The translations under genes were made by a program, and so were the position numbers. DNA of 64,000 nucleotides from Alphaproteobacteria bacterium (GTDB lineage Bacteria > Pseudomonadota > Alphaproteobacteria > SHVV01): assembly GCA_965261735.1 (NCBI GenBank), contig OZ253470.1, positions 3,648,001 to 3,712,000 of the forward strand. The letters are read 5' to 3'. The notes below the pieces were generated by a model. It saw only the letters and a list, made by a program, of their open reading frames with translations, ran no database searches and was not told where the DNA came from. Below are positions 10,930 to 20,332 of this stretch, in pieces. The first letter of the stretch is position 1. Each line of letters starts with the position of its first letter.

Positions 10930-11156
10930 ATGGAACGCACCGCTATCAACCCGACGACGCTGGCCGAGCCGGTCGGCTACTTCTCACGCGCCGTCCGCAT
11001 CGGCGACACGCTCCACGTCTCCGGAACCTCGGCGATCACCGGCTTTACCGGCGACCTCAACGATCGCCGCATTCCGGGCGGCATAGAGGAGCAGACGCGC
11101 CTTACACGCTCGACAACACCGGGAAGGTCCTGGACGCCGCGGGCGCAAGAATGGCG
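10930..11156 (+). pseudogene. RidA/YjgF-family protein, frameshifted near 11103 and truncated by IS1595
   Basis: RBS aggagg; PVGYFSRAVRIGDTLHVSGT...GIEEQTRL, then a frame switch to TLDNTGKVLDAAGARMA. Confidence 0.8.
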
Positions 11157-11164
11157 CTTGCCTA

Positions 11165-12137
11165 AGTTTGGCGAAGAAGCCCTCGACGGCATTGAGCCAC
11201 GAGCACGAGGTTGGCGTGAAGTGGAAGGTCCAGCGTGGATGGCGGGCGAGCCAGGCGCGGACCTTGTCCTTCTTGTGCGCGGCGTAGTTGTCGAGGATGA
11301 CGTGGACGGCCTTGTCCGTCGGCACCTCGCGCTCGATGCGGTTGAGGAAGCGGATGAACTCCTGATGGCGGTGGCGCTGCATGTTCTGTGCGATGACCGT
11401 ACCGTCCAGCACGTTGAGCGCGGCGAACAGCGTCGTCGTGCCATGCCGTTTGTAATCATAGGTCATCGTACCGGCGCGGCCCTTCTTCATCGGCAAGCCG
11501 GGTTGGGTGCGGTCGAGCGCCTGGATCTGTGATTTCTCATCAACCGACAGCACCACGGCATGGGCCGGCGGATCGACATACAAGCCGACGATATCTGTGA
11601 GCTTCTCGGCGAAGGCGGGATCATTGGAGAGCTTGAAGTGCCGCCAGCGGTGCGGGCTGAGGCCATGGGCCTTCCAGATCGCTTGGACCGTCGACGCCGC
11701 GACGCCAGCAACCTTCGCCATCGCGCGCAGCGTCCAGTGGGTCGCCTCGTGCGGCGGCGCTTGCTGGGTCAGGCGGACGATCTCGGCGACGCGCTCCGGC
11801 GGGATCGGCGCTTTGCCAGGCGGACGGGACCTGTCGCGAAGCAAGCCGTTGACACCCTCGTGCATGAACCGCTCCTGCCAGCGCCAGACACAGGTCTTGG
11901 ACTTGCCGGTCTCGGCCATGATCGACGAGTTCCCGAGCCCCTCGTCGCTCTTCAGGATGATCCGCGCCCGCCAGACATGTTTCTGCGAGCTCTTCGGGTC
12001 CGCGACGATAGCTTGCAATCGCTGACGGTCGCCAGACGTGACAGTAAAATGGATGCCGGTGCGCATAGCACAGACTCGCATGACACCGCACAATACGGAA
12101 TCTCAAATCGGACTCTTTCGTTCCGATCAATCCACTA
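11165..12137 (-). mobile_element. IS630 copy, truncated (3' end of transposase and one IR missing)
   Basis: Matches 3463-4435; stops abruptly after EGFFAKL. Confidence 0.92.
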
Positions 12138-12171
12138 GAATGGGCGCAACCCGGATATAGGGGAGCGCGCC

Positions 12172-13191
12172 ATGGATGTTCTCGACCGCGCCGATCTCCC
12201 ATTCCCGCATTCGCTACCCGAGTTCCAGCGACTTTTCCCCGATGATGCGGCCTGCGCCGCCTACCTGGAGAAAGCCCGCTGGGGAGACGGCTTTGCCTGC
12301 CCGCACTGCGGCACGGCGGGAGAGCCGTTCCACTTTGAAAACCGCCCTGGCGTCCTGCGCTGCCGCAAGTGCCGCCAGAACACCGGGCTGACGGTGGGAA
12401 CAGTGATGGAGCGTAGCCACACTCCGCTGAACGTCTGGTTCTGGGCCGCTTATCTGGTCGCCAGTCAGACGCCCGGCATGTCCGCCGTGCAGTTTCAGCG
12501 GCAACTTGGTCTTTCGCGCTACGAGACGGCCTTTCAAATTCTCCACAAGCTCCGCTCGGGCATGGTGCGGCCCAACCAAGACAGGATCGGTGGACAGCCC
12601 AAGAACCATGTTGAGGTGGACGAAACCTGGGTTGGCGGGCGAACGCGTGGGGAAGGCCGTGGTGTTCACCACAAGGTTCCCGTCTCCTGTGCCATCGAGG
12701 TGCGTCATCGAAAGCCGGGCACCAAGCTCGACAACCGGAAAGACGGACGCTATGCCGGACGCGTTCGGCTCGCCGTCGTGCTCGACCGTAGCGCCGAGTC
12801 GCTCTGTGGGTTCGTCGAGAGCACCGTCGCGCCGGGATCGCTGATCGTTACTGACGATTGGAGCGGCTATGCTGGCCTCGGTAAGCGCGGCTATGAGCAC
12901 TTCGCTGTTGCCGAGTGTGGTGATCCAGAGGTTGCCGAGCAATACCTGCCGATCATCCATCTGGTTTTCGCCAACCTGAAGACGTGGCTGATCGATATCC
13001 ACCACGGCGTTAGCCACCAGCACCTACAAGCCTACCTCAACGAGTTCACCTTCCGCTTCAACAGGCGGTTCTACCCGTTCAACGCCTTCCGCTCATTGCT
13101 CGGCATCGCGGGCGACACCTCTGCTCCAACCTATGCCGAGCTTTACTCGGGAGAGTGGCGGCACCCTACATGTAGCGGTCATGGGCGTTAA
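12172..13191 (+). CDS. IS1595-family transposase (Zn ribbon + ISXO2-like catalytic domain)
   Basis: CPHCG...CRKC, VEVDET, VTDDW, IHLVFANLK, HHGVS..HLQAYLNEF.FRFNRR. Confidence 0.93.
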   Translation: MDVLDRADLPFPHSLPEFQRLFPDDAACAAYLEKARWGDGFACPHCGTAGEPFHFENRPGVLRCRKCRQNTGLTVGTVMERSHTPLNVWFWAAYLVASQTPGMSAVQFQRQLGLSRYETAFQILHKLRSGMVRPNQDRIGGQPKNHVEVDETWVGGRTRGEGRGVHHKVPVSCAIEVRHRKPGTKLDNRKDGRYAGRVRLAVVLDRSAESLCGFVESTVAPGSLIVTDDWSGYAGLGKRGYEHFAVAECGDPEVAEQYLPIIHLVFANLKTWLIDIHHGVSHQHLQAYLNEFTFRFNRRFYPFNAFRSLLGIAGDTSAPTYAELYSGEWRHPTCSGHGR

Positions 13192-13204
13192 CCGGATAGG
13201 CAAG

Positions 13205-13351
13205 GGAGATACATGACGCTGGAATCCATCGCTCCGCTGAGCGATGGTGTCCCCATCACGCTGCCCACCGTGGCAGCCTGAACGTCCCGGCCCTACCCGC
13301 CGGGAGCCGCGTAGAGCGCAACGCTCTTACACCACTCCGCGGGACACGATC
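13205..13351 (+). mobile_element. IS256 right-end remnant
   Basis: Encodes RYMTLESIAPLSDGVPITLPTVAA-stop, followed by sequence matching the reverse complement of 258-328 and ending gggacacgatc. Confidence 0.85.
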
Positions 13352-13407
13352 GATCGCCCGGGCCCCGAGGAGGAATCTGAGGCGGGGGAAATCAGTAAGA
13401 GGACCGA

Positions 13408-14091
13408 ATGCAGCAGCCAGTGCGCTTGTCTTTCCGGCTGTCCGACTTGCGGACAGCGGTCTGCGATTCTCCCAAATTGGTCGCGGCCGTGTTGTTGGCC
13501 GCATTGATACCGCTCGCCGGCTGTGGCACCGCATCGCCGCCGACACGACAGGCGGATATCTGCGAGGTGTTCCGGCAGTACCCCGACTGGTATGACTATG
13601 CCCGGAAGTCCGCAAGCCGCTGGGGAACACCGATCCACGTGCAGATGTCGTTCGTGCGCCACGAATCGAGTTATCGGGGCGACGCCCGGCCGCCGCGCCA
13701 ATGGCTCTGGTTCATACCGCTCGGCCGTCCGTCTTCTGCCAAGGGTTATGCGCAGGCACAGGATCCGGTCTGGAACGAATACCAAGCGGAGCGGGGACGT
13801 CTGTTCCGCAGCCGCGGCGACATGGAAGATGCCCTGGACTTCATCGGCTGGTACAACCACCGAACCAGACGTCAGCTCGGCATACCCCTCACCGACGCGC
13901 AGCGCCTCTACCTCGCCTACCACGAAGGGCAGGGCGGATATCGGCGGGGCACCTGGAGGGACAAGCCGAAGGTGCAGCGTGCCGCCCGGCGGGTCGCTGC
14001 GACCTCGGATCGTTATAGAGCGCAGCTTGTGCGCTGTGAATCCAGCTTTCGGTGCGACTCCTGGTATCAAGTCTGGCCGTTCTGCCGCTAA
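13408..14091 (+). CDS. Lytic transglycosylase-like (SLT_4-type) lipoprotein
   Basis: Lipobox LAGC; ICEVF..YPDWY, FVRHESSY...ARPP, SSAKGYAQA.D..W..Y, DALDFIGWY, LYLAYHEG.GGY. Confidence 0.8.
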   Translation: MQQPVRLSFRLSDLRTAVCDSPKLVAAVLLAALIPLAGCGTASPPTRQADICEVFRQYPDWYDYARKSASRWGTPIHVQMSFVRHESSYRGDARPPRQWLWFIPLGRPSSAKGYAQAQDPVWNEYQAERGRLFRSRGDMEDALDFIGWYNHRTRRQLGIPLTDAQRLYLAYHEGQGGYRRGTWRDKPKVQRAARRVAATSDRYRAQLVRCESSFRCDSWYQVWPFCR

Positions 14092-14227
14092 TCGCCGATC
14101 TGCACCCTCGCGATATGCGGGCGCACCAGCGCGTAAGAATCCGGAACCTGTCAACGACTTTGAGACACCGACGGTTTCTATTTACTGACTCGTTTCTCCT
14201 GTTGTGGAAGTGGCGGGTGGGTTGATC

Positions 14228-15257
14228 CTTGCCTATCCGGGTTACACCCACACCCACTAGGGCTAGAATGGGCGCAACCCGGATATAGGGGAGCGCGCCA
14301 TGGATGTTCTCGACCGCGCCGATCTCCCATTCCCGCATTCGCTACCCGAGTTCCAGCGACTTTTCCCCGATGATGCGGCCTGCGCCGCCTACCTGGAGAA
14401 AGCCCGCTGGGGAGACGGCTTTGCCTGCCCGCACTGCGGCACGGCGGGAGAGCCGTTCCACTTTGAAAACCGCCCTGGCGTCCTGCGCTGCCGCAAGTGC
14501 CGCCAGAACACCGGGCTGACGGTGGGAACAGTGATGGAGCGTAGCCACACTCCGCTGAACGTCTGGTTCTGGGCCGCTTATCTGGTCGCCAGTCAGACGC
14601 CCGGCATGTCCGCCGTGCAGTTTCAGCGGCAACTTGGTCTTTCGCGCTACGAGACGGCCTTTCAAATTCTCCACAAGCTCCGCTCGGGCATGGTGCGGCC
14701 CAACCAAGACAGGATCGGTGGACAGCCCAAGAACCATGTTGAGGTGGACGAAACCTGGGTTGGCGGGCGAACGCGTGGGGAAGGCCGTGGTGTTCACCAC
14801 AAGGTTCCCGTCTCCTGTGCCATCGACGTCGTGCTCGACCGTAGCGCCGAGTCGCTCTGTGGGTTCGTCGAGAGCACCGTCGCGCCGGGATCGCTGATCG
14901 TTACTGACGATTGGAGCGGCTATGCTGGCCTCGGTAAGCGCGGCTATGAGCACTTCGCTGTTGCCGAGTGTGGTGATCCAGAGGTTGCCGAGCAATACCT
15001 GCCGATCATCCATCTGGTTTTCGCCAACCTGAAGACGTGGCTGATCGGTATCCACCACGGCGTTAGCCACCAGCACCTACAAGCCTACCTCAACGAGTTC
15101 ACCTTCCGCTTCAACAGGCGGTTCTACCCGTTCAACGCCTTCCGCTCATTGCTCGGCATCGCGGGCGACACCTCTGCTCCAACCTATGCCGAGCTTTACT
15201 CGGGAGAGTGGCGGCACCCTACATGTAGCGGTCATGGGCGTTAACCGGATAGGCAAG
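14228..15257 (+). mobile_element. IS1595-family (ISSod11-like) copy with intact target duplication and a 75-bp internal deletion
   Basis: Termini cttgcctatccgg and ccggataggcaag; 8-bp TSD ggttgatc at 14220-14227 and 15258-15265. Confidence 0.95.
14300..15244 (+). CDS. IS1595 transposase, 25 aa shorter than sibling copies
   Basis: 314 aa versus 339 aa; CAIDVVLDR replaces CAIEVRHRK...RVRLAVVLDR. Confidence 0.9.
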   Translation: MDVLDRADLPFPHSLPEFQRLFPDDAACAAYLEKARWGDGFACPHCGTAGEPFHFENRPGVLRCRKCRQNTGLTVGTVMERSHTPLNVWFWAAYLVASQTPGMSAVQFQRQLGLSRYETAFQILHKLRSGMVRPNQDRIGGQPKNHVEVDETWVGGRTRGEGRGVHHKVPVSCAIDVVLDRSAESLCGFVESTVAPGSLIVTDDWSGYAGLGKRGYEHFAVAECGDPEVAEQYLPIIHLVFANLKTWLIGIHHGVSHQHLQAYLNEFTFRFNRRFYPFNAFRSLLGIAGDTSAPTYAELYSGEWRHPTCSGHGR

Positions 15258-16221
15258 GGTTGATCCAGACGGCTTCGGGAAGCGGGGCGGGTTTCGGGGT
15301 GCCGTGGACGAAGCGTTCGGGGTGAAGGGCCCAGGCGGCTTGCAGGGTACGTCCGCGCTGAGCCAGCACATCCGGTGCCCAGTGATGATGGACATCATCG
15401 GGGGTGAGCATCGCGATCCCGGCATGGCGGTGTTCGGTGTTGTACCAGGGGAAGAACGACCGGCAGAAGGCGATGGCGGCGGTAATGTCTTCGAAGCGCC
15501 CAGGGAAGCCGGGGTGATACTTCAGGGTCTTGAACTGCGCTTCGGAGAACGGGTTGTCATCGCTGACCTGGGGGCGGCTCAGAGAGCGGGTGACCCCGAG
15601 GTCGGCGAGGAGTTGGGCGGTACACTTGCTGGTCATCGGCGCGCCGCGGTCCGAATGCAGGGTGAGCACCTGGGGCTCGATGCCTTGCTTGAGACAGGTT
15701 TCCTCGATCAGCGTCGCGGCGAGCGCGGCGTTCTCCCGATCGGCAACCATCCAGCCCACGACGCAGCGGCTGAAGATGTCGAGCAAGACATAGAGGTAGA
15801 AGGACGTCCAGCGTTTGGGCCCCCGGAGCCGGGTGATATCCCAGGACCAGGTCTGGTTGGGGCCCGTGGCCACCAGCTCGGGCTTGGTGTAGCAGGGATG
15901 ACTGCGCTGATTGCGCCGCTCTCGCACCGGCTAGTTCGCGGCCAGGATCCGGTATATCGTGCGCTCGGCGCACAGATACTGGCCTTCATCGAGCAGCGTC
16001 GCGACGACCTCGGCCGGTGACCGGTCGACGAAGCGCGGGCTGGCGAGCACGTCGAGGACGTGCGCGCGTTCGGACGCACACAGGGCCCGGGCGGGCGTAG
16101 GACGGGGCTGCTGATGCCCGGGAGCGGGCCTCTGACGACGGTAGAAGGAAGCCCGTGGCACCCCCAGCGCTCGGCACGCCGGCGCCACGCCGACCTGCGA
16201 TGCGAGCGGCTGGACGGCCAT
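15258..16221 (-). pseudogene. IS3-family transposase OrfB (rve domain) with in-frame TAG at 15931-15933
   Basis: PELVATGPNQTWSWDIT, LLDIFSR, LHSDRG, SDDNPFSEAQFKTLKY; ILAAN*PVRERR stays in one frame across the stop. Confidence 0.88.
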
Positions 16222-16709
16222 CAGCAGTCCTTCCCGTGTTCGAGGCTGAATCCCAGCAGCCCGGCAACTTTTCCCTGGACGTCCAGGATCGTATGGGCGG
16301 TGTGCAGCTCCTTCTCCAGCCGAGCCACTTTCGCCTCGAGCTCGTGCACCTTCGCGCTGAGGGGGTTGCGCTCGGCGGGCTTCCGACCGCGTTTGCTCGG
16401 GGTCAGGCCTTGAAGCGACCCTTCACGCCGCGCCCTGCGCCATTCCGTCAGATGGGAGCTGTACAGCCCCTCGCGGCGAAGCAGCCGGCCCACCTCGCCG
16501 GGCTGCGTGCAGCTCTCTGCCTCCTCCAGAATCCGCAGTCGATACTGCGCGGTGAACTTGCGCCTCTTCGGCTTGGCCACGACCTCCGGGTCCGGCGTTG
16601 GCCGCGCGTGGCTGGCACCGGCCCCGGGGGCCTCGTCGCGACGCTCCTCGACCCCCAGGGCCGGAGCGTCCATCTCTTGCAATGTCATCGATTCTCTCTC
16701 TGCGGTCAT
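16221..16709 (-). CDS. IS3-family transposase OrfA
   Basis: PDPEV..KPKRRKFTAQYRLRIL, LLRREGLYSSHL.EWR, coiled coil, ILDVQGKV; stop overlaps the orfB start. Confidence 0.88.
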   Translation of the reverse strand: MTAERESMTLQEMDAPALGVEERRDEAPGAGASHARPTPDPEVVAKPKRRKFTAQYRLRILEEAESCTQPGEVGRLLRREGLYSSHLTEWRRARREGSLQGLTPSKRGRKPAERNPLSAKVHELEAKVARLEKELHTAHTILDVQGKVAGLLGFSLEHGKDC

Positions 16710-16892
16710 TGGTATTCACCTCCACCGCCCTACAGTAATTCCAAGGGGGGCCGGTGTCTCAGTGAGGTTGGCAGAGAGGGCTTCTCGCTCGCCAGGGTTC
16801 CTCCTCAAACGGAAACAAGCCTGTTATGATGTGGTGACAACGCTGTGCACAGAAACAGCGATCAAGAACGGCACATCAGTGGGGCAACAATC

Positions 16893-17138
16893 ATGGGGCA
16901 ATTAGCAGTGACTTGGATGAAGACGACCGTCGTCGCAATCATTGTGACCGGCGCGCTGGCCACCTCCGGGTGTTCGAGCGAAGGTTTCACATGGATCAAC
17001 GGTGATCGATACCGGTTCCTCGGTATCGAGTCCCGTTGCGCACCCGATGGCTCCCTTGTCCTGTGGCAGCGCGCTAACGATGCCGGTGACTTCGGCGCGG
17101 TCCAGGCCTCTTCGGCAAACTGCACCGGCGGGCCATAA
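16893..17138 (+). CDS. Small putative lipoprotein of unknown function
   Basis: Hydrophobic leader ending LATSGC; two further Cys. Confidence 0.5.
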   Translation: MGQLAVTWMKTTVVAIIVTGALATSGCSSEGFTWINGDRYRFLGIESRCAPDGSLVLWQRANDAGDFGAVQASSANCTGGP

Positions 17139-17370
17139 GGGCTAAAGCCGGCCCGATGGACACGTCCTTCGGCAATTGGCGCTCCGCGTAGCGCGGCGCC
17201 CGCCGGGGAAGTCCCGGGCGAGGATCGCGGGGGGACAGCATCGGAGAGCCTCGCGGCGAACTACCGGCGACCCATCCCAGCCAGCTGAAAGTGATGGCGC
17301 GAAGGATCTGCCGGGTGGCGGTACTGGGGGCGACCCCGATCCGGAACACGTCCCGGCCGAGGAATTCGCC

Positions 17371-17459
17371 TTAGATTCTGGAAATTCAGGATGTCATTGA
17401 CCCGGAACCACGACGGATCGTCCGCCGTTTCGTTCTTTGGCATCATTTTGAACAGAAAC
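17371..17459 (-). pseudogene. Possible DUF262 (GmrSD-type) protein fragment
   Basis: Short AT-richer stretch encoding FLFKMMPKNETADDPSWFRVNDILNFQNL, reminiscent of the F.F......WF.V.DIL segment that follows DUF262 domains. Confidence 0.35.
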
Positions 17460-17508
17460 GGGTGCGAGTCTCGCATGGCAGTGATGTCTGCGGCTTGGTT
17501 CGTTGAGT

Positions 17509-18882
17509 TCAGGCAGCGATTGCCATGGCTGCTGCACGTGGACTGATGTTGTCGTTGGCCGGTGTGTCGGTTGCGCTGATCAGGGCCTTCCATGCGCGCT
17601 CGAAGCGGCCGGATTTGATCAGGGCGCGGAAGGTCAGAACAGCCTGTCCGCCGACGATCCGCCAGCGCATGCCGGAGCGCTTCATGCGCTGTGTCACCAG
17701 GGATCTTGTTGGCAGCCTCGACCACGCCTGAGCCGATGGCGATGCCCTCTTCCTTCAGGGCGTGGTAGCGCATGCGATGGCGATGCTTGCGGAAGAAGGC
17801 GAGTTCCCGCTCGGTCTCGGCCCGGTCCGGCGCAGCGGCGGCATCGCGAAGGTGGCGCAGCGCCCGGATCACCTTGGCGACGCCACGGGGATCGTGACGG
17901 AGGATCTCGCGGTACTTCTCGAACCAGCCGGGCGCCACGGCATGGTCGGACGCGGTTTGCAGATGTTCGCAAGCATGCCAGAAGTCGATCACCTCGGTTT
18001 CGGGCGACAGGGTCTCCAGGAAGGTCCAGTTGTCGGCGGCGCCATCGGCGATAGCGACGATCCCGATCTCGGGGCGTGCTCGCCTGATGTGTGCGACTTC
18101 GCTTGCAAGCTGCGCCTTCAGCGTGAGCTTGCCGCTCTCCGGCATGGGGCCGAGATAGAGGGTCTTCAGGCGCTTGCCCTCGGCGTCGTGGAAGGAGACC
18201 GTGCCGCAGGCGGCCTCGCGCCAGGAGGCCTTGGCGCGACCGTCCTCGCCGGGTCTCAGCGGCACCATGACGCCGTCGAGGGAGACCGAGGCGGTGGTCG
18301 CGTCCTGCGGTATGCCCTCGGCCTCACGGATGCTGCCCAGCGTCTCCGGGCCGAGGCTCTCCCAGCATTCGTGCATGCTCAGGGTCAGGCGCTCACCGAC
18401 GGCGTCATGGCGCCGGTCTTCGCAAAGAACGCCGCCGCTTCCCGGGCCGTGCAGCGACCCATCATCAGCAGACCGAGCTCGGCCGCCGGCCGCGTCAGGT
18501 AATCGTCGACGAGGCCCAGGCTCTCGTCGACCGGCACCGGCGATGCCCCGCTCGCGCCGCTGCGGTAACGCGCTCGCCGGTAGGCGAGCGAGGTCATGAT
18601 CGTCTTCGGCGTCACCGCGACCCGGAACCAGCTCTGCCCGTCCCGCTCGATCCGGGAAGCGCCATCGTCCCGGTTCTCGATGACGGCGCCCATGACATCG
18701 CGAGCGAACTCGTTCGTGGCCTCACGCACCCGCAACTCGACCTCCTCGGGCACCTCGGGGCGCGGCTCGGAACGAAGCTCCTCGCGACACAGTGCGAGCA
18801 CCCGGGCGGCCGCCTCGACGACCCGAGGAGGCAGGCCGGAAAGATCGATGGACGAAGGCGCCGGAGGCGGGGATACTGCCAT
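17509..18882 (-). pseudogene. ISKra4/ISLre2-like transposase with frameshifts near 18385 and 17700
   Basis: Three consecutive ORF pieces: PVDESLGL / VSLDGVMV, IADGAADNW, IDFWHACEHL, IGSGVVEAANK / TQRMKRSGMRW. Confidence 0.85.
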
Positions 18883-19056
18883 GGGAATGCTCCCGATGTT
18901 GGGTTTCGAGACACGGCATCGTACCGCTTCTGGCGGTGCGGAGCGTTCCCACCTTCCCCTGCTCGACCCTGCCGTCGTGACAAAATCCTGCCTTGGAGCG
19001 GCCCATTGTCACGAATAGCCGTTTTCGGCCGTTCGTCTCGACACAAAAACGCACTA

Positions 19057-19069
19057 AATCAATGACTTA
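19057..19069 (+). promoter_or_regulatory. IHF consensus site inside the IS end
   Basis: aatcaatgactta matches WATCAANNNNTTR exactly, 25 bp from the element terminus. Confidence 0.55.
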
Positions 19070-19094
19070 GATTTTCCATACCAGACCCACACCC

Positions 19095-19582
19095 TCCATA
19101 ACTCCGGTCGCGCCATGGTATGGGAACAGACCCCTGCGTTTTTCCCGTTCGCGAGATGAGAGAGGAATTCTCTTACTATCGAGTAGTTCGACCACTTCCC
19201 CGACACCGACGGCAGCCCATCCTTCCGGTTTCCCGTCCTCATCCAGCTTGTCGGGAAACAGATCCCAAATTTCCGGTGCGAGGTAAGGATCGCGGCCCTC
19301 GATCTTGGCGCGGGTGGGTCCGAAATCCACGAACCAGTCCTTGAACAGCGCCCGCGCCATCGCCTCCAGCGTCTCGTTCATGCGCCGGTTCAGCTCGATC
19401 TTGTCGTCCAGCGTGCCGAGGATGTGAGCGATGGCACGTTGTTCGTTGACATCATCGGGGAACCAAACAGGAGCCTGATGCAAATGATTCCAGTTTAGCC
19501 CAGGCACCGCTGCTTTGTCTGAAAAGGGCAGAAAATCAATGCCTTTCAAGAAATAGCTGATAAACCGTGGATCATTATTTTT
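19095..19582 (-). pseudogene. hsdS: Type I restriction-modification specificity subunit, central fragment
   Basis: AAVPGLN.NHLH, EQRAIAHILGTLDDKIELNRRMNETLEAMARALFKDWFVDF, KPEGW, DSKRIPLSS; cut by IS elements on both sides. Confidence 0.9.
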
Positions 19583-20332
19583 GGGAATTGTATACAATTC
19601 TAGCCAATATCTCGACATATCATTGATTTCATTACACAAATAAGCGCTTGAACCTTCTGGCTCGTTTTCCCTATATTATTAGCCATAGGGAGATTACACA
19701 TGGCCAAACGCGACAAGATTGAAATCATGAGCGCCTGGGATTTCATGGCGCGATTTCCTACTGACAAGGATGCGCGAGGCCATATCGAGCGGATGCGCTG
19801 GGGCAATGAACCTTACTGCCCTCACTGCGGAAGCGTTCGGATCAGTCATATCACAAACGAGAAACCGCAACCTTATCGCTGCAAGGATTGCCGCAAGCAC
19901 TTCTCGGTCACGACAGGGACGGTGTTCCAGTCCGCCAAACTCTCACCACGCAAGTGCCTCTATGCGATCTATCTCATGGTCATTGCCAAGAAGTCCATTT
20001 CAAGCTGCCAGATGGCGCGGGAATTGGGCTGCACGCAAAAGACAGCGTGGTATCTCGCCCAGCGCATTCGTGAGACATGGCTCAACAAGTCCAGCATTGG
20101 CGACCCGATGGCTGGCGAGATTGAAATCGATGAAACCTATATAGGCGGGCTGGAGCGCAACAAGCACGCATCGAAAAAGTTGAAGGCCGGACGTGGCCCG
20201 GTCGGAAAGCAGCCGGTTATCGGGCTGCGGGAACGCGGATCGGGCCAAGTTAGGGCGCACCCAATTACCGGAACCGATGCGGCGCATCTACAAGGCGCAG
20301 TGCGTTCAGAGGTGGTGCCGGGATCAACTATC
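19583..20332 (+). mobile_element. Second IS1595-family type, left part only; transposase 19700-20332 truncated
   Basis: Probable terminus gggaattgtataca; RWGNEPYCPHCGS, YRCKDCRKHFSVTTGTVF, TQKTAWYL.QRIRE, EIDETYIGG; stops at PGSTI where the next IS begins. Confidence 0.85.

Larger units (their letters stand above)
11157..13204 (+). mobile_element. IS1595-family (ISSod11-like) copy interrupted by IS630 in its left end
   Basis: 8-bp terminus remnant cttgccta at 11157-11164; element sequence resumes at 12138 (gaatgggcgcaacc) and ends ccggataggcaag at 13204. Confidence 0.8.
14142..16781 (-). mobile_element. IS3-family element interrupted by IS1595
   Basis: Imperfect IRs ctgtcaacgactttgagacaccg and cggtgtctcagtgaggttggcag; orfA/orfB arrangement; the orfB tail continues on the far side of the IS1595 insertion. 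Confidence 0.8.
17460..19094 (-). mobile_element. ISKra4/ISLre2-like insertion sequence, degenerate
   Basis: Imperfect IRs gggtgcgagtct and agacccacaccc; no matching target duplication. Confidence 0.75.

Noticed and set aside
3283-12137. Composite transposon formed by the two direct IS630 copies around the hydantoinase genes
   Set aside because: The second copy is truncated and sits inside an IS1595 end, and the first interrupts the CoA-transferase; independent insertions explain this better.
15931-15933. Programmed stop-codon read-through in IS3 orfB
   Set aside because: A single CAG-to-TAG change in an element that is also interrupted by IS1595 is the simpler explanation.
17139-17370. GC-rich intergenic stretch as a structured ncRNA
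   Set aside because: No recognisable RNA family motif or convincing long stems; could be gene debris.
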